Origin: Blasia pusilla
Lineage: Eukaryota
DNA length: 64,000 nt
NCBI GenBank assembly: GCA_050084515.1
Contig: CM114271.1
Location: forward strand, 38,750,001 to 38,814,000
Direction: 5' to 3'
Both the position numbers and the translations under genes were made by a program. The notes beneath the pieces were generated by a model. That model did not search any database and was not told the origin of the DNA. It saw only the letters and a program-made list of their open reading frames with translations. This document shows, in pieces, positions 40,879 to 54,627 of the stretch (the first letter of the stretch is position 1; each line of letters begins with the position of its first letter).

Positions 40879-43800
40879 ATAATGTACCCTACGGGACCCC
40901 AAATGACACGCCGCAATAATGTACCCTTCCTTTTACGTAGCCCTTGTGCAAACTCATCAATTTTTGTTGGAATGATAATTTACATTACTTACATAAATCA
41001 GGTCTCGGACACGAGGCAGATCTCGAGTTATAGAAAACCCTCTTAATTGCCTATTCCCTAGAATTAAATGGTCTCTTATAATTTTCTAAGATCATCTTAA
41101 ATCGATTCCAAATGATCTCCTATAATTCCTTTAATTACCTCCTATAATTTTCAAAGATCATTTTAAAAATATTCTAAATGATTTTATTAATTCAAAAAGT
41201 GAATTATTTTATTGGTTGAAAATTCCAAATAATTTATAAAATAAAAGACACTCTCAGATAATAATTAAAATTAAAATTATAAGTCCATTAAAAATAAAAT
41301 TTGTATTAGCATAGTGGCATATACATATGAAGAGTAGGGAAGCAAAATAAACACTGGTGAAAAATGATAGGAGAATGAAAAAAATAATTTGAATTCCGAA
41401 TCCCCACTAGTATTAGAAAATTATACATGCGTCTATTATATACGCGTGCTCGGCAGGGTAAAAGATTAATTCATTGTCGACCAACTAACAGTCAAGAGGA
41501 CAAAAGTTCAGGCATATCAAAAATTTTCAAAAAAGTTTATTTTGACTTGTAAGAAAAATTTATATTATTAATGGAGAGTGCTTTGTTGATTTACAAACAC
41601 CTCTCTATCTGGTAATTGGGATAGAAGAAAATATTTCATAATATTACAGACAAAAAAAATATTTGAATTTATATGGAACATGATTAATTCTTCAAACACC
41701 TTTTTATTCCCTATCCATAGCACGACCACCTTATTAGTATGATATAAGACATGTGTCAAGAAACTACAGAAGTAAAAAATACGGGTGTCCCATAAGAATG
41801 ATACCCGTCCAAGGGCACTCTCCCATGATTAGTAAAGATTGAGAATAGTTGTATCGGAAACCATCCGAAAAACTACGCGGTCTCATCAGAGGGAGTTCAC
41901 ACTCTCAGCTTTTTCTTGTTTCTCCTCCACTGCTATCGCAGACGGGAAATCCAGTCGGCAAGCTGACATTCCCGACAGCTTCTGCGGATAGCCCTTGACC
42001 TCCCAATGCCTTTTGGGAGTTGTGCACTGCTCGCTATGCCCTAAAGTTCCCATACGCGTGGCAACAAAGTCAGCAGAGGTGCGGGGATGGTAAGCTAAGC
42101 TAAAGTCCATCGCTCGCGTTCCGCCTCAGACTCCCAAAGGAGGCCATCGCGTTGAAACTCGGCGCATCAAAGAATGTGAGACTGGTCCTAGTTCGGTCTC
42201 CCTATAGCGAATCGCGCGCGCGAATGTTGCAGTGTCGCCATTTCCAATCCCCCCGCCATGTTTCCAGATTCCAGCGTTGTGCTCGCAACGGATCCGCTTC
42301 TATCGAAACGGCACCGGTGCGACGAGCGTCCGAGCGAGAGGCGAGAGCAGGAGAAATTGGTGATCGATTGACTGCACAGATTCGATACATCGGCGAAATC
42401 ATCCTCGATCGCCCCCGCGGCCTACACTGACGGAGTTAAGCACAGACGTGGGAATCTTGAGACGGGCGCACGTTCCGCACGCTCGCTCGCTCGCTCTCGT
42501 CCATGAGCAGTGGTGGATAATATGCAGGTGGTGCACGAGAGCTCGATTCCCATGACCGAATGTTTCCCCCGCACTGTTCGCAACTCTTCATCGCCCGTCA
42601 GAAATGATCGCAGGAGTGAGCGCATACATGGCCACTTTGAGTGCGATCGTTCAACAACTCTTGCGCCGGCCAGCAGCGCCGTGGAATTCGTCGGCGATGA
42701 GCCCCTTCGTCTCGCGAAACTAGACGCCGGGATCCACCACGTGGATATTTCTGTCTAGAACTCAGTCCGCAATTGTCTGTACTGCTTCGAGCATTCGAGC
42801 AAACGTACGTGAGTCGATGAGGAGGCTCCTCGACTTCGCGGGACAGCAGGAGAGAGAGAGATAGAGACGCTTCTTTGATGTTCTCTTCTCTTCTTTTCTT
42901 TCTCGTTATCGCTCGTCCGCAGGTTCGGACGGAGCGAATGGATCATGGACATCGACGGAGCGCGTACTGCATGTCCGGAGAACACGGAAGGGGATTGCTC
43001 CGCGTCGTCCGCTCAGTCCGAACCGGACGGCGGTCGGATGGTGGACTGCGACTTAAGAGCATGGCTCCCGTCCTCTTCGTATTCTAGGGCGGGGATTCCG
43101 TTAGTTTGAATCCCGTTGTCCATATGTTGTTTGCGGGAATCCCATTGCGGGTATTCCTTAATATTTGAATGTTTATGGTCACCCATGCTCATTTATGGAG
43201 TGAGCACGAGTGCAGTGCTCATTCCATGCATTGAAAAAAAACGCTTTCAATTGATCAATCATCTCATTTTAAATGTGCGGTTATATTTTGAATTTAATTA
43301 AGCGATTAAGATTTAAATCACAAATAAACATGTTTATTTAAGTCGAGACTTGAAATTTTAGAAGTCTAAACTAGACAATGGTAGTAAAGTCGGCGGGCAC
43401 TTTAGACAATACTAACGGGGAATTATTATGTTAGCCAAAAAGAAATATGAAGGTTACACTCTTGTAAAGTGAAAAAGACGACTTCTAAAATTAAAAGGGA
43501 AAGAAGATAGAAGTTGATCACGAGAAGCTACCGTCCAAAATTAACGGTGCAGTTGGTATCTTGTCGACGGCCAAAAAGATATCTTGTGATTATTGTTGAG
43601 ATTGGAAGAAGAGAGAAAGAGAGAGAATGAAGTCTTTCGAGCTTGTAGATTGCCGTACAGGTTTGATAGCTTAATTTTGACTCTTGGATCTTGAGTTGTG
43701 GTGATCAGAGTGAGTGGTCTTTGTATTGAGGAGAACTGAGCCCTGAATTTTTTATCTCAGAGTTCAAATGTATAGTTGAAAGTGGTTTGAGTTGTCAATT

Positions 43801-46800
43801 GCCACTCAATTTGGTAATAAAGCCAAAATTGAAAATTGAAATTTAACTCTGAGATATTTTTTATCTCAGAGTTCAAATGTATAGTTGAAAGTGATTTGAG
43901 TGGTCAATTGCCACCAATTTTGGCTTTATTACCAAAATTATTTGCGTGGAAAATTTTCAATTTTGGCTTTATTACCAAAAGCTTCAATTTTGTCAATAGT
44001 GGGGATGTGATTTTGGCGTTGGTAGTATTTTTCTGCGAAAATTAGAAAAGCACCACATTTCTTCACAAGAGAACATGTTTGTGACGATTTTACTAATCGA
44101 TTTATGCTCACACATAATCCTAACTTTAAGTGGCCCTATTAGACCGAGTCGAACTTGTCGCAAAATAACTAAATCAATTGGTCGAATTCATGAAGACTAA
44201 TGGTCTATGTGATGAGTGATTTAAATTATCCATCATCATGGTAAAAATTGTGAGTAATGATTTAACCAAACCTTGAAACTCTTAAGAGACCTTTTCAATG
44301 AACTTTGAGGGATCCTATTGGCTTAGAGGGAGAGTGATCTTATCGGTTGAGAGGGCCCAGTGTCAAAAAGAAGAGTTGGTCATACAATCAAGAGGGTACT
44401 CTCCCATAATAATGTAGGGTTTTGGTTAAATATTAATTGCTTATAGGGAACGAGCTTTTGATTAGAGCCCTAAAATATTTACTTGTTTATCCTTTACTGC
44501 TATCTCTCCAATGGGCAGAGTAGGGTCCTCACGTAGGCAACCCCTACTTTGCCGTGGTGAGTCATTGAGATATGGAAATTTAGTTAGGGCTCCTCAAAGT
44601 TGTAAGAGTTCTAGTACTTTAATAGGGATACTCATTTTTTGCCTACGAGATAGTGACTTTTATCACCTTGGATGCCCTTGTTACAAGTATTCCCATTTAG
44701 AGAAAACATATATCTATTTTGGTATGCCATTTCTCCAAATGGAAATTTAATAACAACGTCCAAAAGAGAAATATTTACTCTTTCGGATAATAATAGAATA
44801 TAATTAAAATTTTAAGAATAGAAGATTAAGATTATTGAACGTACACACTGGGATATAAACATGGTTTCCTTCCATCTTCGAACTTCCCCCTTATAAGGGA
44901 GAAATGAGTAGCCCTAGTAGGGCGGCTCAAAGATATGGCGGATAGCCATAAGAGACTTATGGGAAGTTTGGTAAGGGTGGTCAAATCTAGCTTTGTGCAA
45001 GACATGAAGTTCTTCCCATGGAGTCGACACATGTGGTTTCTATCTATATATATTAGCGCTCTTAGTGCTAGTGCCCAAGCAATGAATTGTGTGTGAGAGA
45101 CCCTCTCAAGCCACATAGAGAGGGCCTCATCATTTTCATCTCTCTAGGGAGAGAGACACACTGATCTAATTTTGTACCTTCACACTTGATAGAATAGAGG
45201 GTCACTCATTGTCACAACTTGGCTCACACTCATCCAACCCATCACCTCCACAAGATCTATTGCAAGTTTTATCCGATATCCAACACCCTCAATGACAAGA
45301 GACTAATGCAAGAATATAATTGGAATGAATAACTTGAACAAGCATTTCCTTTTGTGTTGGATGACACATTATTGAGTGTCGTACATGTAGTGGTTCCAAT
45401 TGAGCCAACGAGGCCCAAGTTGGATGGAATTAAAGGGATTTACCTCTTATAAAAGGACTTTCCTTGTTAACGTTGCATCTTCTAACCATGTTATTTACAT
45501 AGGTATAGAGAGGATTGACTTGGAGTTATTGGAGAGTTTCGGCATCTATCATGATAGGTTGAATATGACATATTGAGGAGATGGGAAACTTGAATGTGTA
45601 TTTTCCCCAATTTAGGGTCCATTCGGGGAACTTACAAACTTATTACTTCAAGTAAGTTCCCCTTTCCTAGCATAGTTGACTTCTTGATATGGAAGGTGTC
45701 TCTTTATATACTATAGAGGGTTAGGGTTAGACATGACAGAAGCAGAGGGTATACCTCAAGGGAGTTGATTCTCTCTATAGTAGCCCTACTCCCATAAGGC
45801 GACAAAGCTATGGTCTCTCTTGCATTATGAGTAACCTTAAGCTTCTCACTAGGAGAGTGTGTTTCATTTGACATAGGATAATTTTTTTATGTACATTGAT
45901 TTACTCGTATGTTGGGAAGATCGACGGAGTTTTTTCATAGATATGATCATCGATGTAGACTATGTAGCGATATGTATGGGTGGGATAACTATTATATCAT
46001 AGTTGGCCCATTGGTAGAGTTTTATTGTGTAGACTATGTAGGAAGTCTATGAGTTTTCTACGCATAACTCCTAATCGATAGATTTGATAAGGTTGGCTAT
46101 AATTTCATTTCATTGGGATCTTTGTTTATAACCATCCTTCTATTTTGCTTATTCAAGCTAGGGGACCTGTTGTTTGAGTCAATGGTCATGCGATAGCTTG
46201 TGTTCGTAGGTTACCATTTTTGGCTATTTTTAGTGGAAGAGCTATTTTGGCTCTTCCCAAGGGTATGAAAGGTGGAGAGATGCCTCTCACTAACCATCTT
46301 TCTCATGTGGAGCACATATCCTTTTAGGGTTTGGTAGGAGCTTGAGTGTTAGAGTACTGATTCCCTAATAGCAAAGGGTAGATGTGGGTTGATGACTATA
46401 TGGAGATTTGAGAGTGGATTTTTCCCTAGGATATGAAGAACTAGTATTCGACCCCGATTTTGAGTTTTATAAAGCCTGTGGAGGTTCGAAAACATGTATA
46501 CAGTGAGAACTAATAGAGTTACGAGTCAGAACTATAAGCGGTGTGTTTGGAGGTTGGGTGAATACGAATACAACGTGGTAGTCGGGAGTAACAGGGAGAG
46601 GAAGGTGTTAATATTAATGAGAGCATTAATATTTTAATACAAACACCGTGGGCACTAACACGATGGAGTTTACATCCATCCGCTAAAATGTTCATATCCC
46701 AAGGTCGAGACCATAAAAAACCCACAAAATAATACCTACTTTGTTTTGTGCATATACATCAATACAACCCTACAATAGTCAACTCCAAGTGCACAAATGC

Positions 46801-49800
46801 AAGTTATTCTGCAAGGGTTTTGTGGGTTTTTTATGGTAAGAAATTCTACATAAATTTGAAGTTGTTTATTTTTTATGGTCTTGGGTATATCATCCGACGA
46901 CCATAATTGTGGTAATGGGGTGAGCGGCTACCTAAATCATTGGGAATAAATCCATGTGAAGATACTAAAAGGGTAGGGCCATATGGAAGCCCTTTCAATC
47001 AACCTTCTAAGGTTGGTCAAACCTCAATTCACCTTTATAAAAACAACTACAACATAGTTCTGGAGATTTGGTTTTAAGTAAAATAAAAAATCATTTGTAT
47101 AAGATATAAATTAGCTCTTAAGATCACAACAAATGATCCTCTTTATTTTATATGAATTTTATGCTATTGAGAAGAAAATAATTAGAAGTGAATCTATATA
47201 TATATATAAAATATGTATTATTTTAAATCAGTGTAAATCACACATATGATCTAAATTCAATATTTCATGCTTCCAAAAAAAATAACCTTGCCCCTTCATA
47301 TGTGTAGATATGTGTAACTTTGTACTAAAATATTTGTACCACACTACAAATAATTTAGTATGGATTTTATTTGAAAAAGTTCCATTTTCTCCCTCCTTCG
47401 TCAATAAATCCTCCCGTTAGAGGAAGGATATCCAAAAATTTTGAGGGGATGGTTAAGATTCAAACACAAGACATGGTGATATGACATGAAGCTATAGCTA
47501 TCTATACCATTAAAATACAACGTAAGTTTCACAAAATAAAAAAAATTTCAACATGTTACAAATTTATTTTCTCCCAACATGCATTACATGTCAAGAGGAA
47601 ATTAGGGATGATAGAGTGGGAAATCAAGGGAGGTTCTCCACTTCTCCAATATTTGATTCATGAAAGATATAGAAAATGTAATCCCAACAAGAATTGACTC
47701 ATGCTTAACACAAATATACCCCTAGTTGTAACAAAGTCTACAAGAATGAAGGAAACCTGAAAGAACACATTCACACAAAACCCATGATTAAACTATCTCA
47801 ATCATTAAAAAGAGATAATTTATAATGACACCCACAATGAAATCCCTTCCCTTACAAGTTCTTCCTTTTTCCTTCTCCTCCATCTAACCTATCCATCCCT
47901 CCATCTAACCTATCCATTCTAAACGCACATTTTTAATAACTATTTTCTCTCCACCTATAGTTTCTAAGTACTTTACATGTGCTTTTTTTATTTTAACTCC
48001 TCCATCTATATCTTATTCTACACACATGTGCAGGATAAAGATAGATATGTTTATTAATATATTGCACCCTCTTAAAGGATTGCAGAATGGTTGATTGATA
48101 TACATAAATTAATTAGTAAAGTGCCATGTGCAATGCATACTAAATAAAAAATGTTTAAAAATTTAACGTATAATTTATGAAGGGAAAAAATAATAATGAA
48201 GGGAAAAAAATTCATGTTTTCAAAATCCTTTTTTATGACATTTTTTTATCGAATTGTTTCATAATAAATATATAAATTTTTATAATAAAAAAATTTCTCT
48301 CGAAATAACATAAATATTATTTTTATCGCTTAATTAGTAATACTACCAAAATCGTTGTACCGATTTTAACATCCACCAAAGCAATTCACGGGAGGATTTT
48401 GCTCCTGAGTCCGTTGACGGAGATGGACAGACCGTCGTCATTTCAACTCCGGCTGCTCGCTAGACTCGCTCGGCAAAGGGAGTGTCAGCGGTCGCGCGAA
48501 TCTGAGCGTTTCAGCAGCTGCAGTTGTGCTGACCTTCGCGTCTGCTTTCTCCCGAAATCACGGGAACGCTTGTGCGGTAGCGCTGCGGAGAAAAAACACC
48601 ACTGCCAAATTCGCCTGCAGCAAACCGACAATTGGAGGCCGGCTCCGGGGACGGCTAGGGAAGTGCGATGGACCTTCGCTCGATGATTCATCGTGACTAA
48701 CCGCTGAGGGAAGTAGGTCTAGAGAGGGTTCGAGGAAGGTGCACTCGACCTCCGCCTTCTTCTCAGCCAGAGGGTTTAATTCTACTGTACCGAGAGGTAC
48801 GATTTGCTGAAGTAGTGAGTATTTCATGTCGAATACGGTATCCTCGCGGTTACCTCGATACGATCATCCGGAGTCAGGAAAGAGGAGGAAAGAGAGGTCA
48901 CTGAGGAGCGAGCGCAGGAGAGGCGACTTTGCAGGCTTGCCCTTGGAATTTGCATCAAGTCCACTGTCTTTGGTGGTAGCGCTTTTCACTGACATGTTCC
49001 TATCACCGCGCTGTCAAGCTTCTGGAGGGGAGCGCCGGTGTTGCAACTCGGAAGAATTTTAGATTTAGAGCCTCGGTTCGAGGACATTCTTGTCGAGATT
49101 AGCAGCTCCGAGAACACGCGGCCGGTGACGCCCTAATAACGGGCTAATAAGGGCTTTTGGGAATTCACCGTTTCATTTCAAGATCCGCGAAAGTGGAAAC
49201 TTCGAGTTGGACATCGCACATCGCACTGAGGAGAGCGAGCGGTTTCCGGTCCTTCGGGATTTGAACCACTGGATCTCGGAGCCACGCAAGAAGGGTGGAA
49301 AATGAACCAAGTGAACAGTCTGGATCACTCTGGAAGGGCCGGGAAATGATTCTTTATGGGGTTGTAGCAATGTGGCCTCTTGCATAAATCAAGAATTTGG
49401 TCATGATGACCTCGCCAATAGTTTTTCGCGAGTTTCGATGAGATTCCTCACACCCTGTTCATAGATAGGCGATGATGCCGACTCGCCGAGGGAAGTGCAG
49501 GAAATGCAATTTGGGTGGAAATCGGCGGTCGACCTGACACCTACCCCCTGTGGAGTGGAGAACTGTCGGCCATTGCGGTTCATTGTCCTAGAGATATAGA
49601 CTTTTATCATATTTCGGATTCTCAGTGATTATGATGAGGGTGGACGGCGCTACTGAATTCAAGGCCTTCAAACGCTTAACAATTATAGGAAGCTGTTGCG
49701 AGACGATCCATAAACTGATAAGGCATAGGACTTCAATAGAAGCATGCAGAGAGATGTTGCCGCGTCCACGATGTTCTGCTACACGCACGCAGAGGAAGTC

Positions 49801-51369
49801 GGCTTCATTTACTACATTGCGAACTGTCAGACTCGCATGAGGACTATAAACAGACTATCACCACGTGACAGACTGATTTCCATTACGTGACATTTCGCCG
49901 TAAGTGTCGATGCTTGAAATAGCTTCCACCTGACGAATGTTCACAGCGGTGATCGATGGTTGTGGTGCTGATGCAGAGCTGATGGCGCCTCCACCATTGT
50001 GATGTCGATTCTTCCTAAACCGCCTTACATACCATACCTCCTTGCAGCCCAATTGGATAAAATAAAACGGTTGAATGAATGGTTTAAGAATTGTTATGGA
50101 TGTAGGCAAGACCAACTGTCATCGAGATAAGAGTTCTTTGAAGGCATGAGAAAGTTCAGAGAAATAAGATTCAATTTCAATAAACGTTCGAATTTGACGT
50201 TGGCTCCGAGGCTGGTCATGAGTTAATGTGAAGCGGCGGAGCATCATGGAAGAGATCACTCGGAGACCTGACACAGTTCGTGGGGAACGAACAGGTCGAT
50301 GCGCACACAAGCGGATAGTGAATATCGTTCCCTTGACGGCGAACCAGTGGCCACTCTGTGTGGAGGCTACTTGTTCCGCGACAGAGCTACAGATCCTCAA
50401 GAATTGACAGGCACGTTCCAGGATTGCAACATCGATCGAGAGAGAAAATCCCGGAAAGCATGTCGACGAGTTCTGTAGGTTCCGAACTCGAACACTGCAT
50501 ACTCCTTGACCACCCACTGGCACATACGGAGCAATGTTCTCCTTGAAGTGCGGACGCTACAACAGAATTTTGGCCATCGATCATAGAACAATATCGCAAT
50601 TTCCCCACGGCCGCAAAAAGCAAAAGAGGACAGACCGGAACTGAGGCACCAACACCGATTACCGCGTTTGTCGGTGCTTTTGAATGGACTAATCCTACCT
50701 AGACGCTCTGGAATCTGGACAGCGCTGGCTTGGAGTCGTGAAGAAACGCTCGACGAAAATGGCAAAATACATCTTCGATTCTGCGCAATCCATGGGAATC
50801 CCCGGACCGCGACAGGCTCGTTACAGTAAACGAGGTGAACTGTCCGTGACTCCGGATAAGGATACGAGCTCAATGAGGCAAGACGTCTAGTACTGTGAGG
50901 AGAAACGGATGAGGCGAGAGCACTGGTAGTCCAGTGACAAGAAACGGATGATACTCGCCTGAGTAGACTGACAAAAACGTGGGATCTGTTCCCTTGGATA
51001 AGTCGCGACACCTCCAACAGATTCAAGGGCGGACGGGGCATCGGCATGCCGGACAATGAAAGCAAATGACACCAACTCCAACTCTCATGCGTTTCTTTAT
51101 TCGAAGAGGGCTGAGGATAGTTGAAAGAAGAAGTCACCAACTCTCCTAAGAACAGCAATATATACACAGAGATCGACTATTGAGTCAAATTGTTGCCGCC
51201 CAAGAGTGTGCTAGCACTACTATGAAGCTCGTGATCATGACGAGCGTTATCGATATGGCTGTACTTCGTCTCAGATGTGGTGTCGGTTGCAGGACTCGAG
51301 CGGTGAATTATCGGCGGGCATTCAGAGCTCGTTATACTTCTGTACACAGTCGCTCAGGGATGTGGAGTT

Positions 51370-51747
51370 TCAATAAAACCGACGTCGAGAAGGATCCATG
51401 ATTGGGTAAACCGAATGCAATCCCATGGCGAATCCTCCACCGCTTCCCATGTGGTCCTGAGCGCCCAGCATCAAGCTAACGTATGCGTCTGCCAGTTTCT
51501 TCAGCCAAACAAGGGGAGTAATTCTGGTCCGAATTCGCAGTCTCGAAACGCGGACTCTGAACGCTCGCAGGCGTCTTCTGAAGCTCTTCCTACGTCCCAA
51601 CCGCAGCGGTCTCTGTAGCCTGGTCGACTCAGGCGCCCCGTTCTCTATCCCATTGATCCGATCGTAGATCACCTTATTCCATCTCCACTTTGCCAACTGA
51701 GCTCGCCAATTCCCCGAGCGCAAGCCGCCGCTCTTGCTCCTATACAT
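51370..51747 (-). CDS. Small Arg/Lys-rich plant protein of unknown function (125 aa, single exon)
   Basis: RLG..RRRLRAFRVRVSRLRIR..PLVWLKKLADAYVSLML resembles an uncharacterised land-plant family. The ORF is open up to 51891; the start was set at the second Met. Confidence 0.75.
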   Translation of the reverse strand: MYRSKSGGLRSGNWRAQLAKWRWNKVIYDRINGIENGAPESTRLQRPLRLGRRKSFRRRLRAFRVRVSRLRIRTRITPLVWLKKLADAYVSLMLGAQDHMGSGGGFAMGLHSVYPIMDPSRRRFY

Positions 51748-54604
51748 TCTCACACCAATTGCAGCGGCGACTGGCAGCCACCCGCTCCAACATAAACGCC
51801 CCACTACTACCTCGAATCGAAACCACGCGTCGGAATGCACTGGCAGAAGCTCTCCCTCCCGAGCTACTCCCAACGCCCCGCCAGCCTGCACGATCAGCAG
51901 CCGGCTTCCAGGCTCACTGACAGAAGTTCGTTACACACATCCATCACTACTGCAACGGCGAGGAAATTGGGGCGTCCTTTCGTCGACTTTCATGCACTCG
52001 CTTCTTGTGACATTAGCCGACTCCGCTGCCACCTGCACCGACACCGCAGCACCCACATTGTCTCCCGTCACCTAGACTGCGATTCCGAAAGGTAGTTGCG
52101 CTCTCGCTCGCTCGCTCTCCTCGTGAGCCCGCCGGACGAGCTCCGACGATGCCTCGGAAACAATGCAATAGAACGATTCGGCAGGGAGAGCGTGCTCTTC
52201 GCCTTTACTCACAAGCGAAGCCGCACATCCACAGAGTCCACTTTTTAGTTCCTCCACCCACTGTACAACCCCCCAGCGCAGATTTCACCGACGAAATGCC
52301 CTCGTCTCTCGACCAAAAGCAGAACCTTTACGTTACCGCAGCACTGACAACGTCGAAAATCTGAGCACTTAAATAATTGTCTGTGATCTACGGAGGAACG
52401 CAGGACCACTACTGTAGGGAGCGTAGTGCCGTCGGATGCTGGATCTGAAGGCAGCGTAGTGTGAGTTGAGTCACTTCACTCACGATGCATATCTATGTGT
52501 ATGTGTGTGTGCATGCAGTCGGGGCATGTTAATATGTGGTGGACTGCATGGATGTTTATGCCATCCATCTTGGAATGAAAATAATGATACTAAATTATTA
52601 ATTAAACACCTGTTGGAGTACACGTGGATAATCTAGAATTTTTTTAATATCAGTAAAAAAAAGAAGTGTACATCTATTAATAACAGTCCACTTGTGTATT
52701 TACATAGATGAACAAATAATCCTTTCTTCTTCATGATTAATTCTCAAAATTTTAATAAAAATATTTTTTACATTCCCTATGTGAACCAATGGCATGTATC
52801 AGATCAAACTCTGTGCATAATTTTAATAGTAAAGATGAGACCAGTTTCATAGGATAACCTCTTTTCTAATAAATAGGGCGTGCATGTATTTCTCCATTTG
52901 GTTGGAAGGGGATTTTCGCTTAGGTTGGAACTTCCGGCCTCAAAAGTGAAAGGCTGGGTCATGTCAAACTCTTTGAAGGAACCGGGAAGCCCAAAATGGG
53001 CACTTCCATAGCTATCAGGGTTACATGTAGACCGAGCTGGTTAAATTTTCAAATTTGCATTTCTATTTTTGAGCTACCGACTAAAAATTGAAAATATAAA
53101 GTTCTTTGTACAATATCAAATGACTTATTGGTATCGAAAAACTTCGGAAATGAGCACTACCAATTCTCTCAAAACCACTATCCGGACCCTCCTCCAATTC
53201 CCACTATATAAGGGCTAGTCATATTGGTCAAGTCGAAATTTGTGAACAAGTCGGGAAGCCCAAAGTTGGCAATTCCATAGCTATGTTTGGGGGAGCCGGG
53301 GTTACGTCTTGACCAAGTTGGCTGAAGTTTCAAATTAGCGGTTTCTATTACTTAATCACTATGTTAAAACTTGAAAATATGAGGTCATTTGCATCTATAT
53401 TATGATGGGCGAACCCATATGCATGAAACGACAAAATAGCAAGACAATAGACATAAAAGAAACATGGGTAGATGAGTCCAATTTTTTTCCTCAATCTTGT
53501 AAGATGGTTAGAAAAATAAATTTGAATGGAATTTTTTTAAATAATTATAAAATTATAATATAAATAATAATTTATATTATAATGGATCATCAAAAGTGTA
53601 TATAAGAAATAATAATCAGATAAATAAAAAATATCCAAGAATATAATTTTATTCTTTGATTCATATTTATGGGAAGAGAAAATATCTTTTAATGGAAATG
53701 GAGTAGAAACTTTCCAAATTTTATGGAAAGGTGGAAAAATTTTTAAATTTTGGAAAAAAAATAATAAGAAATTTATTCTCATATGATATTGTGAAAAGGA
53801 AAATGAATTTGAATGGAGAAGGAAAATGAATTAACTAATTAAAATTAACGAAAAATTTAATTAGTCAATATTATTTTAGTGGGAAAAGTAGAAGGGGAAG
53901 AATAATTATTATTTAGCTTTCATAGAAGAATGAAATTAATTAGATGAATTTTATTCAAAAATTCTTATTATTTTAAGATTTTACAAATTTTACTTTATTT
54001 TTTTAATGAAATTTTTTGTTAAAAAAATAAATTTTGTGGAAAGCACCGGCAGGCTAACTAGTACTATTAAATAACACTTCGGAACCGAAAAACTTGAAGA
54101 AATTCCGTCTGGTTTTATGAACGCTACCGTTTCTCTGAACATAAGTATCGGAATTGGAGCGCTTTAGGCGCCGATTATATAAGCGCTGGTCATACTTTGA
54201 CCGGATAGAGGCCAAGTTCTACCCGGCCAAGGTATTCACATGCCCAGCTCATCATGCAGTCGTCGACATACATGGATGGCCATGACAGGAAATCGGAAAC
54301 TGCTGTGCATGCATGGATGCATGCATGAATTGGCGGCCTCCAAAGCACCATGCTTGGGTAGGTGACGCGTGTGGCTCGTAGTTTTTTTCCTCCTCGTTGA
54401 ATGATGTAAAAGTAACAGCCAATAGCCGGTGGTGCGCATATTTCTTCTGACATTGACGGAGGAGGGTGACATCATCTGTCAACGTGCCGATTCACTGCAG
54501 AATGCTAGTCGTGTCAGTTGATGTTGACTCGGATATCTACGAGGTTGACGTGCTCACCGCCACGTCCCCACTGTAGCAGTACAACAGTAGCCAACTGGGG
54601 ACTG

Positions 54605-54627
54605 ATATATATATATATATATATATA
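54605..54627. repeat. (AT)n microsatellite
   Basis: About 11 AT units. Confidence 0.9.

Noticed and set aside
39741-40882. Overlapping 125-225 aa ORFs on both strands
   Set aside because: Low-complexity products of GC-rich repeats; no recognisable domain.
44833-46450. Possible old LTR/retroelement debris
   Set aside because: TATA and ...tccaaca end are suggestive, but there is no TSD or translatable domain.
50397-51167. 256-aa ORF
   Set aside because: Ser-rich, no motif or supporting gene structure.
54300-54570. RY (CATGCATG) and ACGT-core clusters as cis-elements
   Set aside because: Short common motifs with no linked gene established.
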